The notes under the pieces: model-generated | Database searches by the model: none | What the model saw: only the letters and a program-made list of their open reading frames with translations | Told to the model about the DNA's origin: nothing | From: Eubacteriales bacterium | Lineage (GTDB): Bacteria > Bacillota > Clostridia > Oscillospirales > CAG-272 | DNA length: 64,000 bases | Direction: 5' to 3' | NCBI GenBank assembly: GCA_045657165.1 | Contig: JAZOSP010000067.1 | Span: forward strand, 3,268 to 67,267 | In this document: positions 43,132 through 54,100 of the stretch, piece by piece | Numbering within the stretch: the stretch's first letter is position 1 | Layout of the letters: every line of letters starts with the position of its first letter | Made by a program: the position numbers and the translations under genes

Positions 43132-44451
43132 TTACTTAGACAGCTTGACTCTCGGGTCAACAACTGCATACATAAGGTCTGATAAAAGAGTGCCTATTAC
43201 CGTCAGAACGGCAAGGAACATATTGTAGCCCATAATAAACGGTATATCTCCCTGTTGGAGCGCCTTGTAAGCAAGACGTCCGATACCGTCGATGGCGAAC
43301 ACCTCCTCGGTAATCATCGCGCCGCCAAACAGCGACGGGAGAATACCCGCAAGAAGCGTCATAAGAGGTATCATCGTGTTACGGAACGCATGCACGTAAA
43401 TAACCTTCTTCTCAGAAAGTCCCTTAGAGCGTGCGGTACGGATATAGTCGGAGTTGAGAACCTCGAGCATATTCGTTCTGGTGTAACGCATAAGTCCGCC
43501 TATGGAAAGCACGACGAGCACTATCATAGGAAGAACGAGGTGATGAAGCATATCAAGCAGGTACGCAATTCCCGTGCTCGACGAGCCACCCGTTACAAGT
43601 CCGAACGCGGGGAACCAACCAAGCCAGCTCGAGAATACTTTTATAAGCAGTGCCGCAAAGAAGAACGACGGCAGCGATATACCTATCATCGTTATGATGG
43701 TTACCGCGTAGTCGGCAACCGAATACTGATGTGTCGCGCTGGTTATTCCGAGAGGAATGGATATCGCGAACTGGAACACGAGAGCAACGAGTGAGATAGC
43801 AAAGGATATCCACATGTGCTCTGCTATAACGGTTCCGACGGGCTGCTGATACAGGAACGAGTCGCCAAGATCTCCTCTCAGCATATTGCCGAGCCATGCG
43901 AAGTATCCCGTAAGAACCGCAACGAACTTGTCCCAAACCGTTGCAACGCGGTAGCTTGCCGCGGCACTGTATTCTGAGGACACCTCCTGAAAGGCAATTC
44001 CGTTTGCATCGGCGGTGTAACGGCCCGACGCCTTAGTCACGGGGACCTCCGCGCTCTTATCAAGAACGCGGAAGCTGCCGTCATCATTCATTTCAAGATA
44101 AAGATTATCCCTGTTTGCCGTGTACGTGCCGGCGTAAAATTCAGCGTACGTAATATAATTTTGCTGCAAATCAGTGTATTTTTCTTGCTTTGCGTCCTTG
44201 CTGAAGATTATATCCGCGTATTCGCCCTCGCCCATTTCAATGCTGAGATAGGCGTCCGGCATATAAAGACCGTATCTCTTTTTGAATTCATCAAGCTGCT
44301 CGTGCGTTATCGTTCCCTGCTGTATCTGAGATGAAAACTTCGTTTCAAGGTAATCGGTCGGCATAAGCCTTACAAGGAAATAGATGATAACCGACACACC
44401 GAGCAGGATAACTACGGAAAGAGCAAGTCTTTTCAGTATATATTTGAACAT
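43132..44451 (-). CDS. ABC peptide transporter permease (OppB-like) with a ~110-aa extracytoplasmic insertion, 439 aa
   Basis: ORF track. The N-terminus MFKYILKRLALSVVILLGVSVIIYFL is typical of OppB/DppB. A hydrophilic insert follows TM1 before the conserved permease core. Confidence 0.85.
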   Translation of the reverse strand: MFKYILKRLALSVVILLGVSVIIYFLVRLMPTDYLETKFSSQIQQGTITHEQLDEFKKRYGLYMPDAYLSIEMGEGEYADIIFSKDAKQEKYTDLQQNYITYAEFYAGTYTANRDNLYLEMNDDGSFRVLDKSAEVPVTKASGRYTADANGIAFQEVSSEYSAAASYRVATVWDKFVAVLTGYFAWLGNMLRGDLGDSFLYQQPVGTVIAEHMWISFAISLVALVFQFAISIPLGITSATHQYSVADYAVTIITMIGISLPSFFFAALLIKVFSSWLGWFPAFGLVTGGSSSTGIAYLLDMLHHLVLPMIVLVVLSIGGLMRYTRTNMLEVLNSDYIRTARSKGLSEKKVIYVHAFRNTMIPLMTLLAGILPSLFGGAMITEEVFAIDGIGRLAYKALQQGDIPFIMGYNMFLAVLTVIGTLLSDLMYAVVDPRVKLSK

Positions 44452-44474
44452 TTATATTTCCCTCGGCAAAAAGA

Positions 44475-46997
44475 TTAGTTACCGGTTTCGTTAAGGCTTA
44501 CTTCCCAGATTCTGCTAAGAGGACCGTTGTAGGGAGTAAGCTCACTCGCGGGTGTAAGCGAATTCGGATCAATGATGTTGGTATTATAAGCGAACAGGTC
44601 GCTTCTCTGATAGGTGGGAAGCTCAACGGCAAGCTCCATTACGAGGTCAAGAGCCTGTGCATAATACTGTTCTCTCTTATCCGTATCAAGGGTTTCTCTT
44701 GCAAGATCTATAATCTCCGAGAGCTCCTTTACGAGTCTAAGCTCCTCATCGTACTTTCCACCTGCATTGGTACGAATTGCACGGTAGCCCCAGTTTGCAG
44801 TAGAGCCTGCGGTCGAGTCGATATGATATACCTGATACATATCGGGGTCAACGCCTGCGCCCCAAGCTGCCGCCCATACGGTAAGGTCGCCGTTGTTGAG
44901 CTTCTTAAGAGCGTTGATGTCGGTCTTGACCTCAATGTCAAAGCCGTGAGCGTTGAGTATTTCAGCTGCTCTCTTGAGCGACTGATATGCGGGGTGGTCG
45001 GTGGTGTCACCTGCAATGGTGAATACGTACTTGCAAACGTCATTTCCCTTCTGGTAAACTCCCTTGGAGTTCTTAGTGTATCCGGCTTCCTTAACGAGCT
45101 CCTCGCAGTAATCGCCGGTCTCGTCGAACTCATAGAACTGACCATTCTCGTCAGCCTCGTGGGGATATGCCCACGACGCCTTGGTCATAGGACGGGTTAT
45201 GCTGTCGGAATAGCCGAAGTAGTAATCAACAGCGTAGTCTGTGTTGATTGCGTGCATTATAGCTCTTCTTACGTAAATGTTCGGAACCTTCTCTGCGTTG
45301 ATACCGATATAACCGTAGCCGTTAGTCATAACGGCAGTGCTTGCAAAGCCTTCGCCTCTCTTAGCGTCAACGCTGTCTATATTCTCCTGCTTACAAGCGG
45401 GCTCAACGAAGTGAACGTCGCCCGAATAAAGAGCCTCAAGCATAAGGTTGGTGGATACGACCTGGTAGTTTACGTACTTAATATTTACGTCGAACATAAA
45501 GTAATCGTTGCGCTCGAAGTAAACGACGTTGTCTGCCTTAAAGGTGCCTGCCTTAACGTTCGAGGAATCACCGCTACGGGTGGTTGCCTTGTAAGGACCT
45601 GCGCCTACGGGCACGCCTATCTTATCGGGATTCTTGATTACGTTATCCATGAACTCAATGCTACCAAACTCAACGCCGAAGTTGGTTTCATAGTTGAACT
45701 TTTCTATCTGAGCTTCGTTCGAGTAGTAGTACATAGGAGCTACGGTGAACGCGAAGTTCCATATTGCCTTGGGGTCAACCTTGTCGATGGTTATCTCAAG
45801 AACCTCGTGGGTGTCGTTGGTTACAGCACCGTTTTCATCAAGTGTGGGAACTGCGTACTCCTTATTGTTAACGGTTACGCTCTCAGTGCGGTTCGCATAG
45901 CGGATACCCGAAATACTCGTAACCTTGTTTTCAACTCCCTCGAAGTATTTATGCTGCTCAAGGAAGGAGAAATAAGTAAGAAGCTCGTTAGCAGTGTTCC
46001 ATGCGGTTATAACGACGTCAACCTTATTGGGGAAATACTCGTTATATATAGCGTCGATAGCCTGCTGCTCGGTCCAGTTCTTGCTTCCCTCGCCAAGAGC
46101 GTAATCAAACGCATACTCGTCCTCGTCCCAGGTGATATAGCCCTCGTTGAAGAAGAATGCCTCGGTGTCGGTGGTAAGGTGAACCTTATTGCCGCTTTTA
46201 TCGGTGTATACAATGTCCTCCGCAGTGCCGCGGCTGTTATTATAGTCGGTCTTGAGCTCCTCGCGGAAATACTTGTCTGCAAGCGCATAGTCGTCAACGA
46301 TAGTTGCGTACTTCTCGTCTATCTCCTTGCGCTCGTTCATCATATTCGTAAGCTCGGTAAGCATCTTGTCGGATGAAAGGCTACCACTGTTTTTGTTAGC
46401 ATCCTTAATATCGACAAGGCACTCGTAGAGTCTGAGCACACGGTCTGATGCAAGAGCGTTAAAGGTCTCTGCAAAGGCGTCCTGCTCATTCTCGTCCATG
46501 GTCTGAGTACGGTACTCCTTAAGACCGAGGATTTCAGTGGAATATATGGTTGAGCTGCCGTAATACGCGGGGTCAAGATATACGTAAAGGTTGAACAGAA
46601 CGTCTCTCATCGTAAGAGGCGTGCCGTTGCTGAATTTAAGGTCGTTCTTAAGAACGAAGAGGTAGGTGGTGCTTACAGGCTGATCGTTATCGTCATACTC
46701 GGTTTTTGCCTGGTAGTCGAGAACGACGCACGCCTCGTTTTCACCGTAGGCAACCTTGCCGTCCTTGTCGGAGGAAAGCATGCCTATCTGAGTCATGCCT
46801 ACTATAGATCCGTCGGATGCAGAGGATGAATAGAATGGGTTGAACACGCCGTCAAGCTCGGATGTTGAAAGAACGAGACGCGTGCTTTCGTTGTCTATCG
46901 TTTCGCCGCCGCAGCCAACGAGCACCGTCAGCGAGCCGAGCAGCATTGCTACGGTTAGCAGAAGCGAAATGATTCTACTTGCTTTTTTCATTTCCAA
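44475..46997 (-). CDS. Family-5 (peptide/nickel) ABC substrate-binding lipoprotein, unusually large at ~840 aa
   Basis: ORF track. Lipobox TVLVGCGG. The SBP_bac_5-like core includes ...FKFSNGTPLTMRDVLFNL... The start is TTG 46997 (better RBS spacing) or ATG 46991. Confidence 0.8.
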   Translation of the reverse strand: MEMKKASRIISLLLTVAMLLGSLTVLVGCGGETIDNESTRLVLSTSELDGVFNPFYSSSASDGSIVGMTQIGMLSSDKDGKVAYGENEACVVLDYQAKTEYDDNDQPVSTTYLFVLKNDLKFSNGTPLTMRDVLFNLYVYLDPAYYGSSTIYSTEILGLKEYRTQTMDENEQDAFAETFNALASDRVLRLYECLVDIKDANKNSGSLSSDKMLTELTNMMNERKEIDEKYATIVDDYALADKYFREELKTDYNNSRGTAEDIVYTDKSGNKVHLTTDTEAFFFNEGYITWDEDEYAFDYALGEGSKNWTEQQAIDAIYNEYFPNKVDVVITAWNTANELLTYFSFLEQHKYFEGVENKVTSISGIRYANRTESVTVNNKEYAVPTLDENGAVTNDTHEVLEITIDKVDPKAIWNFAFTVAPMYYYSNEAQIEKFNYETNFGVEFGSIEFMDNVIKNPDKIGVPVGAGPYKATTRSGDSSNVKAGTFKADNVVYFERNDYFMFDVNIKYVNYQVVSTNLMLEALYSGDVHFVEPACKQENIDSVDAKRGEGFASTAVMTNGYGYIGINAEKVPNIYVRRAIMHAINTDYAVDYYFGYSDSITRPMTKASWAYPHEADENGQFYEFDETGDYCEELVKEAGYTKNSKGVYQKGNDVCKYVFTIAGDTTDHPAYQSLKRAAEILNAHGFDIEVKTDINALKKLNNGDLTVWAAAWGAGVDPDMYQVYHIDSTAGSTANWGYRAIRTNAGGKYDEELRLVKELSEIIDLARETLDTDKREQYYAQALDLVMELAVELPTYQRSDLFAYNTNIIDPNSLTPASELTPYNGPLSRIWEVSLNETGN

Positions 46998-47014
46998 AGA
47001 TTTCTCCTTTATAT

Positions 47015-48121
47015 TTACGATTGTTTATTTACAGTAATATCTGCGGTGAAGTTCGTTTCTCCGACAAGAGGCGTCCTTTCACCCTCTCTTTGATAGCGAA
47101 CCTCATTGACACAAGGAAGCTCACCGTTATAATTTGTTGAAAGAGTTCCGGAAACCGCAACGTTTGAAACCACAGCACCGTCGTGAGCGTCGACCGCAAG
47201 CGCCGCAACCTTTGCCTCAAGGCTTGACACCTGGGCGTTAACGTTAAACGTAAACGATACGTCCTCGAACGAAACGTTTCTTATCTCGGCGTTCTCGCCA
47301 AGGCTCGCGAATATTGCACACGAGGGCTTGAAGGTCGTTCCTTTCTGATTTACAGTAAAGTTCGTAATTTTATATCCGTTACCCTCGAATATCTTATCGA
47401 AGGTATCAGAAACGTAGAATTCCTCTCCGCCGCAATCAATATTGGCAGTCAGATATACGTTGCCGCTTTTGACGGCGCTCTTCAGCTTTTCGTAGCTGTC
47501 AACGAGCTTCCACTCGCCGACTATATACTCAACGTACACGGGGATATCCAGGTCGGAGTCACCGCCCGGGTGGGTTGTTTCGAAATCCCACGGCACAGAG
47601 CACTCGGGGTCGCTGAAATAGCCCATGACCGTGTGGCCGTCGCGCTTGTTCGCATGCTTGAGCCAATCCTCAAACTCATCTCCCGCGGACACCTTGTAGC
47701 TACCGAGGGTGACCTTATCGTCTCCGTCCATATAGTTAACCGAGAAGGAATATTTTATCTGCACCTCCCAGCCTGCATACAGAGTGAGAGTCTCGGCGTT
47801 AAAGGGTGTCGAAAAATCCCACTTGCTCGATGGGGTGCATTCCTCGTCGGTATACCAGCCCGTAAAGTCGTATCCGCTGCGAGATATCGAATAGTTCGGG
47901 AAGGTGGTAGGGTCCTTTATGTAGGTGCCGGGATAATAAGCAAAATTAATCTTGCCGTCCGTGCTGGAGGTGCCGTAATTCAGCCTTCCGCCGTTTATCT
48001 CGAAGGTAACGATATTCTTTCCATCAAGATCGTTCGCGCCGCCCGCGCACCCTGACAAAAGTAACGTCAGGGTGACGGCGAGGGCTGTCAATATCATATA
48101 GATTAGATGCTTTCTTTTCAT
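47015..48121 (-). CDS. Lipoprotein with Listeria/Bacteroides (InlB B-type) repeats, ~368 aa
   Basis: ORF track frame 47015..48157. I moved the start to ATG 48121 (MKRKHLIYMIL...LLSGCAGG lipobox). It is preceded by an AAGGAAG RBS and lies 1 nt after the stop of the giant protease gene. GYDFTGWYTDEEC repeats. Confidence 0.75.
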   Translation of the reverse strand: MKRKHLIYMILTALAVTLTLLLSGCAGGANDLDGKNIVTFEINGGRLNYGTSSTDGKINFAYYPGTYIKDPTTFPNYSISRSGYDFTGWYTDEECTPSSKWDFSTPFNAETLTLYAGWEVQIKYSFSVNYMDGDDKVTLGSYKVSAGDEFEDWLKHANKRDGHTVMGYFSDPECSVPWDFETTHPGGDSDLDIPVYVEYIVGEWKLVDSYEKLKSAVKSGNVYLTANIDCGGEEFYVSDTFDKIFEGNGYKITNFTVNQKGTTFKPSCAIFASLGENAEIRNVSFEDVSFTFNVNAQVSSLEAKVAALAVDAHDGAVVSNVAVSGTLSTNYNGELPCVNEVRYQREGERTPLVGETNFTADITVNKQS

Positions 48122-48122
48122 T

Positions 48123-51100
48123 TTAATCTTCCTTTTCGCCCGTATCAGAGTCTTCATCTGAGCTTTCCACCTCAGATACCGTATCGATACTGTAAGCGGT
48201 AACTCTCAGAGCTCTTCTTTTCTTAAGGAATATTACAACTCCAACGCAAACGGCAGCTGCGACGATAACCGAAGCCGACACGATAATAACCACGAGCCAT
48301 ACGTCGCCGCCATCCTCGGGCGGATTTTCTACCGGAGGCTCCTCGGGGAAGTGCTCGGCATAGGTCTTCGAGAAGTCAAGCTCCTTACCCATAGCAGTGG
48401 AGAGCTCGCCTGTCTTGGTCTCAAGCCTTGTCGCATTTTCAACGTCCGCGCGCTCTGCCTCGGTGAGCGCAAGGTATGCACCTCTTGCGTCCTTAACGAG
48501 ATTGAAGGAGTACTCGGAGTTATCCATATCAAAGAGATGTGCAATCATATTCTCTACAACGCTGACGTTGTACTCGCTGCGAGCCGTCTTGAATTTCTCA
48601 ACGTACGAGCTGTCGACAAACGCCATCTCGTCAGTCTTTCCGTCAAGTGCGTTGTAAGCGTTTATTGCCGCGTTGATAAGAGCCTCGTCAAAGCGGTCGA
48701 GAGTCTGGGGCAGCTTTTTTACCGCCTCGATGAATGCAAGTGCATAAGGTCCTGTTACAGTGCCGGAATTCTCGCTCTCGGAGGCAAGGAAGTATGCTTT
48801 GTAAATCTTGGAATCGTAGCCGCTGTTGTTGACGGGAAGAACGTAGGTCAGATCCATTGCGCCCTCAGAGGTCACGAGATCCTTGAAGTTGCTGTAGCAG
48901 TAGGGAGTAGCTACGGCATCGTGCATTCTGTAATAATAGTCGTACTTATAGAGCTTATCAAATCCGGGATATTTTTCAACCGTATCGGGGGTTATTCCCT
49001 CCTCGTCAACTCCTGTCATCGTTCCCTCAAGAACGGGAGCGTAGTAGGATTTGAAGACTACGGTCTTAAGATTTTCGCACATATAGAACGCATGGTTGCC
49101 TATATACTTGAGCGACTCGGGAAGAATAACCTTTTCAAGGTTCTTGTTGCCGAGAACCGCGCAGTATCCGATTCTCGCCGTGCCATCGGCAACGGTGAAT
49201 TCCTCGTCAGCCTTTGCGGTAGGATAGGAAACGAGAATATATCCTACGGGAGCTACCGTGTAAAGCACGCCGTCGTCTATCATAACGTTAGCGTACTCCT
49301 TGTCGGTAACCTCCTCGCTTCCAACGGTTGTGAAGAACTCGGTAAACTTCTCACAGCCCTCGAATATGCTGACACCAACGGTCTCGAGCGATTCGAAGAT
49401 TTCAAATCTCTCTATTGCGGTGTAAGCAAAGGCATAATCGCAAATCTCAACGAGCTTCGGAGCGTAGAAGCTTGCAAGCTTCTCACAGCCCGCAAATGCC
49501 TGCTCGCCAACGTATGTAAGCTCGGGAGCGTATACAGACTCAATATAATTGTCGAAATAATCCGTGCTCTCAACGAATGCCTGCTCGCCAACGTACTCTG
49601 CGCTTGTCAAAATGAGCTCAGCGGGAAGCGGTACGCCCAAAAGCGCCTGAGAACCGAAGCGAACTATGCCCGAAAGGTCAAGGTCCGCAAGTGAAACGCA
49701 GCCCTGGAATGCGAAATCGGGAAGCACCTCAAGCCCCTCGGAGAGCGTTGCGGTTTCAAGAGCCGTGCAATTCATAAAGGCTCCGACACCAATCTCCGTC
49801 ACGCCGGACAGATCAATGGCTTCGAGCTTAACGCAGCAGTAGAACGCGCCCTCTCCAACCTTGGTAAGCTTGGGAGCGTATATCGTCTTGATAGCCGCGC
49901 CCTGCTCAGCACCCTCGGTATAGGGAGAGAAGGCGTAGTCGCCGATTATCTCAAGATTTGCCGCGCTGAAGGAATCAAGCGCATAGCAATCCGCGAAGCA
50001 GGCGTTGCCGAGCTCGGTGACACCGGGAGCATTAACCGACCTAAGCGCCGTGCAGCCGTAGAAGGCAAAATCGCCGAGCTTGCCGACCACGTCAGCAAAA
50101 TCAAACGTTACAAGGCCGGTGCAGCCTAAGAACGCGCCCTCACCGACGGTCACGTTGCCGCCGCGCAGTTCTACCTCTGTGACGGGTGTCAGTGAGAATG
50201 CATACTCGCCTACCGTCGCCTTAGCACCGATTACAACCGTCTCAAGATAAGGAGCCTCGTAGAATGCGCCTTCACCGATAATAACGCCCTCGAGCGCAAG
50301 ATTTACAGAGGTTATTCCGCTGCTCTCGAACGCAAATTCGCCAACTTTCTTTACCTTATTAAGATTAATAGAGTCGAGCGAGGCAGTGCTTGAAAAGGCG
50401 TATGCACCGATAGTTATTTCTCTGTCGGGCAGGGTTACACTCTCAAGATTCGTGCAGTACGCGAAGGCACCGGTGCCTATGCTCTCAAGAAGAGAGCCGT
50501 TCTCAAAGTTAACCGAAAGAAGCTTGGTATTTGAGGAGAATGCTCCGGCAGCAATTTCCTTAACTCCTGCGGGAACGGTGAAGCTCGTCGCATTCGAGCC
50601 GGGGAGAAGGAGCATAAGACGGCTTCCGTCCTTGCTGTAAATAGCGTCGCCTACAAGCTTATAATTGCTCGATTCGGAAACGTCAACGGTAAGGCTGTCT
50701 GCGCTGTCTAAAATGCCTATACCGCCCTCAGAGATAATCGTATTGCCACCGAACTCAAGGCTCGAGATACCGGAGCCGGCAAATGCGCCGTCACCGATAA
50801 CCACCTCACAGTCGGGAAGCTTGAAGTCGGTGAGCGACTCGCACTCGTAGAACGCGAAGCTCGCAATCTTCTCACACTCGCCGTGGAAGGTGACGTCCGT
50901 AAGTCTTATACAGCCCGAGAATGCCTCGGCACCAAGGTAGGTAAGGTCGTTTTTGAATTCTACCGACTCAAGCTTTGTACAGTTCTTAAATGCCGAATCG
51001 GATACTATATCACTGTAGATTACTATTTCCTCTATCGGAGTGCTCTCGAACATCTTCTCGGAGACTCTCGTTCTCTTGCCAAGCTCGACCGCTTTAAGCT

Positions 51101-54100
51101 TCGAGCAGCCGGAAAACGCGCCCGTGCCGGTAAGGCTGAGCGTCGTGAGCTGAAGGCTGCTGAATCTCGCACCGGAGAATGCGTACGAGCCTATTGCGTA
51201 AACGCCCGAAAGGTTTGCTCCGCCAGGAAGCTCCGCGCAGGAAAGGCTCTCGCACATATAGAAGGCGTAGTCGGAAATAATGTTTACGTTGTCAAAGTTA
51301 ACGTTTTCAAGCACGTCGCACTTAGCGAAGGCGTATTCACCGATCGTTTTACAGCTTTCGGGAAGCGTAACGTCACCGAGAAGCTTACAGTTGTAGAACG
51401 CATACTTTTCAATCGTTTCAACGTCCTCCGGTATGACGACCGAGGTAACCGTGTTGTTGCCGAGGGGCTCCTTCTTAAGATCGATATCGTAGTATCCGTT
51501 CTCGTCCTTTTCAACCTCCTTCTCGTTATCGAGGTTGTAATGGCAGAACGCGAACGCACCTATCGTCATAATGCCCTCGTCTTTGGGTATAACGACGTCG
51601 CCGCCCTTACCCTTATAGGCTATGAGAGTGCGGTTTTCAACGATAAATTCACTCTTTACCGTAACCGAGCAGCGCGCCGCGAGAAGCGAGGTCTTGCCGT
51701 CTACCTTTATTTGAAGAGAAATTCTTGCAATACCTTCAGCCTCGGCGGTTACGACACCGTTTTCGTCAACCGTCGCAACCTTCGGGTTGCTCGAGGTCCA
51801 TATAAGCTCATAGCGGCTGGACGGGAGATTCCATGGCTCAAGGTCGTAGTTGAGCTTTACTTTTTCCGACGGGTAGAAGGAAATACTGTAATTTCCGCCG
51901 AAATAATTTACCGTATCTGTAAGACCGATTTCTGAGTAATCAATATCGCTGTTGAAGGCAAACAGCGTGTCGTACGAGACAAATTGAAGTGATTCAACGC
52001 CAATTTCTTTTGACGAATCGGGATTTTTTATCTCGGTGTCGCTGACGTTAATTTCAACCTCTAACGCTTTACCCCAGGTGCTTCCCACAACGCTTACCGT
52101 TGCAGAGCCGCTCTTAAGCGCTTCAATCTTTCCGTCACAGATAGCTATGACGGACTCGTCGGACGAGGTCCACGTGAGCGCCTTGAGGTAGCCGGTCTCT
52201 ACGGGTGTTGCCGTATCCTTGTGAACGAGGTATTCCGTAAGGTCGAGAGTCTCGTTGATATCAAGATCAAGTCCGTCCGCAAGCTCCTCGACGAACTCAA
52301 GGTCTTCGCCCTCGGTTTCGGGGAAGGGAATGTAGGAAACGCCCGAGTTCATAGCGTAGTCGTCGATGTAAACGGTAAGACCCTCGGGTCTTGCAGAATC
52401 GGCGATGATATCAAGGTAATCGGTAATTTCGATGGTAACCTTAGTGGTTTCGCCGCGGTTTTCCTGATATATCGGTATGGGATTTTCAATCAGCGAGGAG
52501 TAGGTGTTCTTCTTCTCGCCCTTCTCGTCGGTGTATTCGTAGGTGATTATGGGACGTATCGACATTGCGTAATGGTTATCGTAAACCATAACGTCGACAT
52601 AGTATCTGTTCTCTTCCCTGCTCTTATCGTACTCGGTTCTGAAGATTGCATCAACAACCGAGGGAGCCTCGTAGTCGATATAGAAGGAGAAGGTGTATGT
52701 ATCTGAGGAATTGCGGTTCTCGCTCTCCCAGTCAAGCTTTGCCGACATGGTTACCTCATATCGGGTGTTGTTGCTGCCGAAGACCTCGTTGGTCTTGAAA
52801 TCAGCCATGGGCAGCTGGAAGTTTGAAACGTGGGGGTAAGGACCGCCGCCGTTATAGTGAGCCTTATAGCAGTTGTACTGCGTTTCGTCCCATACTACCT
52901 TGCCCGTCGAGGTATCGACTATGGAGATGTACATCTCCTTTGCACCTCTGAGAAGTCCCGCAAATACGCCGTAGATACCGCTTATTGCGTCGGCATAGTA
53001 GGATATTGCGGAGTGCTCCTGCGTTGCGGGGATGGGATTGTAAAGCGACTCATCCATGTTGTAAACGTACGATCCGAGGGGAAGAATATAGTCGTAATAG
53101 TAGGTTCCCGTAGGAGTCGTGGGATAGTAGTCCGCCTTAATTTTATCGTCCTCGTCGATGGCGTTGTTGTGCGCCTCGGTCTCAACCTCGTAATAGTCAA
53201 GGTCGAAGATGGGAGCCTCGCCCCAATCGCCGTAGAAAGCAAGGAAGGGAGCGTTAAGGTCAATGCCGTTTTCATCGGTGCTGTCGAAGGTAAGGAAGCC
53301 CTCAACGTACATTCCGTTCTTAAAGTTACGGTTGATGTAAGACTTATCCTCAGCCGAAAGCGTAATAGTTGCGGTTACGGTTGCGGTCTCGCCTGCCTCT
53401 ACCGTAACGACACCGTTTGCATAGCTGCCGTTTGAAACGGTATACTCGGCGGTGTTCGAGAGCAGATAAGCTATCTCCGCAACGTACTCGGGCTCGGAGG
53501 TGGAAACGCTCTCGGTCATCGTGATATTACCTATGCGGTAGCTGACGCTCGCGTCGGAAACATTCTTAAGATAAACGGTCATCGTGTAAACGCCCGTGCG
53601 GCTCGGGTCGTCGCCGAGCTCAATCTTGGTCTTACCCGTGCCGTCTTGGAGAACGTAGAGGTAAGCGGGAGTTGTGGTAGACTTCGCGATATCGGCAATG
53701 CCCGCGCCCTGCTTTCTCGGGGAATAAGGGTTGCCGTTCTTGTCAAGCGCTATGGTCGCGGTAGACATGCAAAGCTGGTTAACGAGGTCGCGCACCTCGG
53801 GCGAATCAAGCTCGGGATACTTTTCCTTGACGTACTGGCGGATAAGAACGACGATACCGGTCATGTTAGGAGCCGCCATACTCGTTCCGCTCATTTCCTC
53901 GTATTCGCCGCCAACGATAGCGGAGAGGATGTTGCCGCCGTGCGCCGTAATCTCGGGCTTGAGCGTAAGGTCGGGATTGGGACCCCAGCTCGAGAAGTCA
54001 CTCATGAAGGGACCTGCCTCGTTGGTGTAATCGAACTTAACCTTTCCGGTTTCAAATTCCGCAAGCCTGTCACCGTCGTCCTTGCCGATTGAAATAACCG

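Noticed and set aside
44823-51935. Plus-strand ORFs antisense to the binding-protein and S8-LRR genes (44823-46376, 517 aa; 48351-49694, 447 aa; 50883-51935, 350 aa)
   Set aside because: The reasoning is the same as above. They are embedded in strongly supported minus-strand genes, with compositionally odd products and no translation signals.
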